Virus record (IMG/VR): IMGVR_UViG_3300025864_000016
Span: 1-62,459 of that record
Direction: 5' to 3' (one strand)
DNA: 62,459 nt
Source: a virus
Lineage: Duplodnaviria; Caudoviricetes
Made by a program: the position numbers and the translations under genes. Shown piece by piece: positions 58,096 to 62,459 of this stretch; position 1 is the first letter of the stretch, and every line of letters begins with the position of its first letter. The notes below the pieces were generated by a model. It had not been told where the DNA came from and did not search any database. It saw nothing but the letters and a program-made list of their open reading frames with translations.

Positions 58096-58127
58096 AGAAC
58101 CTCTCATATAATGGGGGGTTCTTTTTT
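58096..58127 (+). terminator. Cassette terminator
   Basis: AGAACCTCTCAT...ATGGGGGGTTCT followed by a T run. Confidence 0.85.
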
Positions 58128-58167
58128 ATGCGGCGCGTTTGCCTCAAAATACCCAAAGGGGGAATTT

Positions 58168-61100
58168 ATGGCTGAAGATGGTATGGACGTAGGAGGCGGA
58201 GGAATTTACGTTGAAATCGGTGCGACCCTCATAAAATTGCAAGAAGACCTCAAAGTTGCCAAAGGAATGGTTGAGAAGTTTGCTGCTGACGTATCTACAG
58301 ACGTAGTAACAATTCGCACTAATCCGGCTATGCTAGAGCAGTTGGAGGCAAAAATTGCCGCGCTCGAAGCGCAGGTAAAGACGCTCTCGGCACAGGTAGT
58401 TACCCCGCAAGTCAACATGGCGGAGTTGACCGCACTTCGCGCCGAGTTTACCGCACTGCAAGCGCAGATGGCCGCGTTGTCGGCAAAACCCGTTGTTATT
58501 GACGTGGTAACAAAGACCACTTCCGTTGGGGCAGGGGCGGCAGTAGTCAGTGGCAAGCCAATGCCACAACCTAGCGCAAAACTTCGCGAGTTGAATGAAT
58601 GGAACTCTAGAGCTATCGCCAATGGTGGCGAAGCAATTTATACAAAAGACAATAGTGCTGTCTATGCAAAAGAGCAAGCAAAGTATGAAGCCGCACTAGC
58701 CAAAAGAGCTGCTGCTGACGAAAGAGCTGCTGCAAAAATAGTAGCGGCACAAGCAAAAGCTGACGCAGCCCTTGATTCTCAATATGCAAAGTGGACAGCA
58801 AAACAAGAAAAATGGGTAGCTCAAAAAGAAGCGGGAGAACAAAAAGTCGCTATTGCATCACAGACCGCTCGTGAAGAAGAAGCCGCTGGGCTTGCTAAAG
58901 TTGAGCAGATGAACGCGCAACTTGAAGCTTCTGATACCGCTCGCATGGAAAAGAGCGTTGCCAATGTCCGTAAACTCGAAGCGGTGCAGGCAGACGCTTT
59001 AGCAAAGCAATTAGCGGCACAGGCCAAACTTGACGCAGCAACAGTTGTCGCTAACGCAAAACTCGCTGCCCGTGTAGAAGCGTTCAATATCCAAAAGGTA
59101 GGCGTCAATGGTGCGCCAATATTTTCAGCAGCAGATGCACCCGCGCTCAATGCGGAAATGGCAAACCTAAAAGAGCAGCAGGCTTTACTTTCTGCACAAC
59201 GCGGTGAGTTAGTAGCGCAGTCAGCGGCATGGAAGGAAATTGACGCCGAAGTAATGGCCGTTGGTGAGCGAATCAAGGCACTTTCGCCCGCGCAAGCATT
59301 TGTTAATGGCCTCGTCAAAGAGCAGTTAGCATTAGAAAAGGCAGTAGCCACCGCAGCTACAGCAAAGACCAAAGAAGGCACTGCCCTCGCTGCTCAAAAC
59401 ATCAGAAATGAAGCGCAAACTTACGCGCAAAACATAACAGGACTGCAGGGCGTTACCCCCGGCGGAGTATTCGCTAACACCTTTACAATTCAGAAGAGCA
59501 TGGTTCTTATGTCTGCGGAGTTGCAGAAGCTCACCATCGACTTGAATAATATGGGTCCGAGTAATGCCGCTTACGAGATGACCAAGGCGAAAATCGACGC
59601 AATTGCTGGCCGTCTTCGGGCACTCCGGCAGGCCGCTGGTGAGATGAAAGCCGCGATGCAGCAGCTCGGAAGCACGTTGCAGGGCATTGGCATGGGCCTT
59701 GTAATGGCCGGTGCTGTAGGCGCAGCAACTATATTCGGCATTGGCAAAATTCAGAGTCACATCGACCAGACAAGGATTTCTCTCGCATCGTTATTCGGCA
59801 GTATGGATGCTGGTCTCGCGTTTATGAAGAAACTACGTGACTTCAGCGAGAATACTCCGTTCAAGTTTGATATTCTATTGAATGGCGCAAAGGAACTGAA
59901 GGCGTTTGGATATTCGGCAGAAGAACTAATCCCGACGATGCAGATAATCGCCGACAAGGTAGCACAGATTGGCGCTGACCCCGAAATGATGCAGCGAGTT
60001 ATCACCATTTTCGGTAAGATTCGCAATGAAGGCAAAATAATGGGGCGCGAGTTGCTACAACTCGAAAAAGCCAATATCCCCGTTATCAAGTACCTGACTG
60101 AATATACCGGCGAATCATGGGAATCGTTATCAAAGCGGATGCGAAACCCGGATATGACAATATCAGCGGACGTGGCCTTGCCCGCGTTTACGCAGGGGAT
60201 GAAGAAGGACTCCAGTGGTGTAGCAAAAGCACAGGAAATGGAATCTCTGTCAGGCAAGCTTTCTAACGCGGCAACTAACTTCCAGATGGCGATCACTAAA
60301 CTCGGCGACGCTATGAAGGGTAATCTGATGAAGATTATCGACTGGGGCGTTAGCGTGCTTCATGCAATCGAAAACCTGTCTCCGGCAACGCAGAAGGCGA
60401 TTGGAGATTTCCTGTTGTTCGGTTCGGCGGGCGCTGTTGTGACCGGCGTACTTGCATTGCTCGCGTCTGGAATTATAAGCATTGATGCTAAATGGGGGCA
60501 GTTCGCAGGGGTACTGGCAAAGATTCCGAATATTGCGGTAGTAGGCCCGATAGTGGCACTCATAGCCGCATTCGTGGGCTTGAGCCTTGCTACCGAGGAT
60601 GGCCGCAAAAACCTGCAAGCTATCGGGGCTAACCTGATGGCCGTCGGCAAAAACTTCATGGACTTCGCGAAGCAAGTCTGGAGTGCCGTAGCGGGTGCCG
60701 GGGGAATCTTACAGCCGGTCATTCAGATGATTGGTGGGTTCCTTAAGTCTATCACCGGATTACTCGCTGCAAACGGAATTGGGGCAACAATACTGGCGTT
60801 TGCTTTATCGTTCAAGGCTTTGTCAGCAGTGTTACCTGTGGTAGTTACCGGCGTGGCCACACTGAGCCGGTCATTATCCGCACTTGGTTTTGGGTTTGCC
60901 TTAATCAAGGCCGAAGCAGTTGCGGCAGCAGCAGGAGCAACAGGGTTTGCGGCAGCAACAAATATAGCTTCCGTATCAGTCGCAGGACTGTCTACAGCAA
61001 TCAAAGCCGCCTTTGCTACAAATCCGTTGGGGTGGATTATTTTAGGATTATCCGCTGTTGTCGCTGGTACTATGGCATGGAATAATGCTAATGAGTACGC

Positions 61101-62459
61101 GGCAAATGCTGGTGTTCGCAAGGCTACAGAGGCCGTACAGTCGCAGGAAGCGGCACTTGTAGCACTAAAGGGCAAACAGGCCGATGAAGTTACCCAGATA
61201 ACAAAGAACATCGACACCTACGAGAAGCTGAAAAAAGCACAAGTTGGCACAGGCACAGTATCGGGGGAATTAAAAACGGTACAAGATGCCCTTGCGGCAA
61301 GTTTCAAGTACATGGCCGAACAGGTCGGGGATTCATCGACTACATGGGACGAGAATGTTGACTCTGTTAAAAAGATGACAACGCAGTATCTGGAGATGAA
61401 TAAGGCTATTGAAGAGTCGAATATTAAGATACTGGAGCAAAAGGCAGCAGTAGCTGAAGCGTCATTAGACAAAACGTTGAATGCTTATCTAAAACCTGGT
61501 GAAATCGCAGGTGCAAGAAAAACCCTAGATTCGGGTGGAACAATCCAACCTACTTCTTCCGATCAAGCATGGCGAGTGAGACTATACAATTCGGGACGCG
61601 GAAGATGGGATAAGACAAATCAAACAAGTCCAGACATGACTGAGGAAATGAATGCCGCCAGTGTGGCTCGTAACCAGGCACAGCTAGACCTGACTAAAGC
61701 GAAGAACACTTCAGCATTGAAAGAGACCACTCCCGATAAAGTCGGTTTTGGCGATGTCAAAAAAGCGGATGCCGACGCGAAGGCACTTGAGAAAATCAAT
61801 GATGAATATGCGCGAAGCGTAGCGGATACGGCGCAGACTGTCTCACAACTCCAGTATGAAGCATCAAAGGAAACCGACGACATCAAGCGTGCAGAGTTGC
61901 AGATGAAGGTGTCAGAGAATCAATTCGAGGCAACTCTAAATGAAAAATACGTCACTGAGCAACGGTCACAATATGCTACCCTTCTGAGCATGAAAGAGGA
62001 AGACCGCGATGCTCAGCGCGACATCATGGACAAGGTGCTTGGTGACCTAAACTCCAACAACAAGCGGAAACTTGACGCCCAGAAGTGGGCTGACGCGCAA
62101 GCAATCAAGGCCATGGAGAACTACCGGAAGGCGCAGGCAGAGGATGCCGCATTAGCAGATACTCGCGCTGCAAATGCCCGTAATAAAGCGAATGCAGATA
62201 GTGACCGAATCCTTGCGCAGAAAAAACAAGCTGCCAAAATCCAGTCTGAGACCAATGGCACTTCTAGTGGTATGGTACAGGCAGTCATAGGTAGTGCTGA
62301 ACAAGACGCACTAGAGGCAATAAAAAAGAGAGAAGATGAAGAGGTGCTTGCCGCGTTTAGAATTGCTGCTAAACAATTGGACATAGACAAAGCATCACAA
62401 GCAGTGAAGGACAAACTCTTTTGGGAAGCTGACGCGAAATTGCAAGGCAATGCAGACCG
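58168..62459 (+). CDS. Tape measure protein, N-terminal part (about 1864 aa with 128-1430)
   Basis: RBS GGGGGA; N-terminal GGIYVEIGA; tape-measure domain (NTPFKF..L.GAKELKAFGY); TM-like segments. Absent from the ORF track because it has no stop in the window. Confidence 0.9.
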   Translation, partial: MAEDGMDVGGGGIYVEIGATLIKLQEDLKVAKGMVEKFAADVSTDVVTIRTNPAMLEQLEAKIAALEAQVKTLSAQVVTPQVNMAELTALRAEFTALQAQMAALSAKPVVIDVVTKTTSVGAGAAVVSGKPMPQPSAKLRELNEWNSRAIANGGEAIYTKDNSAVYAKEQAKYEAALAKRAAADERAAAKIVAAQAKADAALDSQYAKWTAKQEKWVAQKEAGEQKVAIASQTAREEEAAGLAKVEQMNAQLEASDTARMEKSVANVRKLEAVQADALAKQLAAQAKLDAATVVANAKLAARVEAFNIQKVGVNGAPIFSAADAPALNAEMANLKEQQALLSAQRGELVAQSAAWKEIDAEVMAVGERIKALSPAQAFVNGLVKEQLALEKAVATAATAKTKEGTALAAQNIRNEAQTYAQNITGLQGVTPGGVFANTFTIQKSMVLMSAELQKLTIDLNNMGPSNAAYEMTKAKIDAIAGRLRALRQAAGEMKAAMQQLGSTLQGIGMGLVMAGAVGAATIFGIGKIQSHIDQTRISLASLFGSMDAGLAFMKKLRDFSENTPFKFDILLNGAKELKAFGYSAEELIPTMQIIADKVAQIGADPEMMQRVITIFGKIRNEGKIMGRELLQLEKANIPVIKYLTEYTGESWESLSKRMRNPDMTISADVALPAFTQGMKKDSSGVAKAQEMESLSGKLSNAATNFQMAITKLGDAMKGNLMKIIDWGVSVLHAIENLSPATQKAIGDFLLFGSAGAVVTGVLALLASGIISIDAKWGQFAGVLAKIPNIAVVGPIVALIAAFVGLSLATEDGRKNLQAIGANLMAVGKNFMDFAKQVWSAVAGAGGILQPVIQMIGGFLKSITGLLAANGIGATILAFALSFKALSAVLPVVVTGVATLSRSLSALGFGFALIKAEAVAAAAGATGFAAATNIASVSVAGLSTAIKAAFATNPLGWIILGLSAVVAGTMAWNNANEYAANAGVRKATEAVQSQEAALVALKGKQADEVTQITKNIDTYEKLKKAQVGTGTVSGELKTVQDALAASFKYMAEQVGDSSTTWDENVDSVKKMTTQYLEMNKAIEESNIKILEQKAAVAEASLDKTLNAYLKPGEIAGARKTLDSGGTIQPTSSDQAWRVRLYNSGRGRWDKTNQTSPDMTEEMNAASVARNQAQLDLTKAKNTSALKETTPDKVGFGDVKKADADAKALEKINDEYARSVADTAQTVSQLQYEASKETDDIKRAELQMKVSENQFEATLNEKYVTEQRSQYATLLSMKEEDRDAQRDIMDKVLGDLNSNNKRKLDAQKWADAQAIKAMENYRKAQAEDAALADTRAANARNKANADSDRILAQKKQAAKIQSETNGTSSGMVQAVIGSAEQDALEAIKKREDEEVLAAFRIAAKQLDIDKASQAVKDKLFWEADAKLQGNAD
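62333..62459. repeat. Terminal overlap identical to 1-127
   Basis: Exact identity. Confidence 0.95.

Noticed and set aside
45214-58127. HNH-like ORFs as group I intron or intein cargo
   Set aside because: Flanking genes are intact with their own starts and stops, the non-coding flanks are too short for a ribozyme core, and each cassette has its own promoter and terminator.
58206-62450. Series of minus-strand ORFs in the ORF track
   Set aside because: They are antisense shadows of the Ala-rich tape measure gene, which the track missed because it has no stop in the window.
62333-62459. Biological direct terminal repeat
   Set aside because: It is exactly 127 nt, a common assembler k-mer, and lies mid-gene in the tape measure ORF, so it is best explained as a circularisation overlap.

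Overview
The window is a complete, circularly permuted ~62.3-kb tailed-phage genome of siphovirus type. Bases 1-127 are identical to 62333-62459, an assembly overlap, and the tape-measure gene runs across that junction. The rightward arm (41.5 kb to the end, then 1-14.7 kb) carries a tRNA and structured-RNA locus, a DNA methyltransferase, TerL, an HK97-like head, neck, tail and fibre, lysis genes and a HigA/phosphoesterase/MTase/nucleotide cluster. The leftward arm (15.2-41 kb) carries many small early genes, RecT/YqaJ/SSB, an initiator plus DnaB, HTH regulators and a displaced TerS-like gene. No integrase is visible. Main observations: (1) seven closely related HNH-like paralogues with Asp-Arg in place of Asp-His, four of them with their own sigma70 promoter and a conserved covarying 5' hairpin leader, and three of those four also ending in a homologous terminator; (2) a ~420-nt promoter-driven, highly structured RNA that contains a tRNA-like cloverleaf with no usable anticodon loop, upstream of tRNA-Phe; (3) a second rod-like ncRNA candidate; (4) CsrA-type ANGGAN hairpins in early leaders; (5) internally duplicated tail-tube and head-closure proteins, suggesting a pseudo-hexameric trimeric tail; (6) two further expanded families of small proteins. 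All functional calls come from motif recognition by eye; no searches were run.
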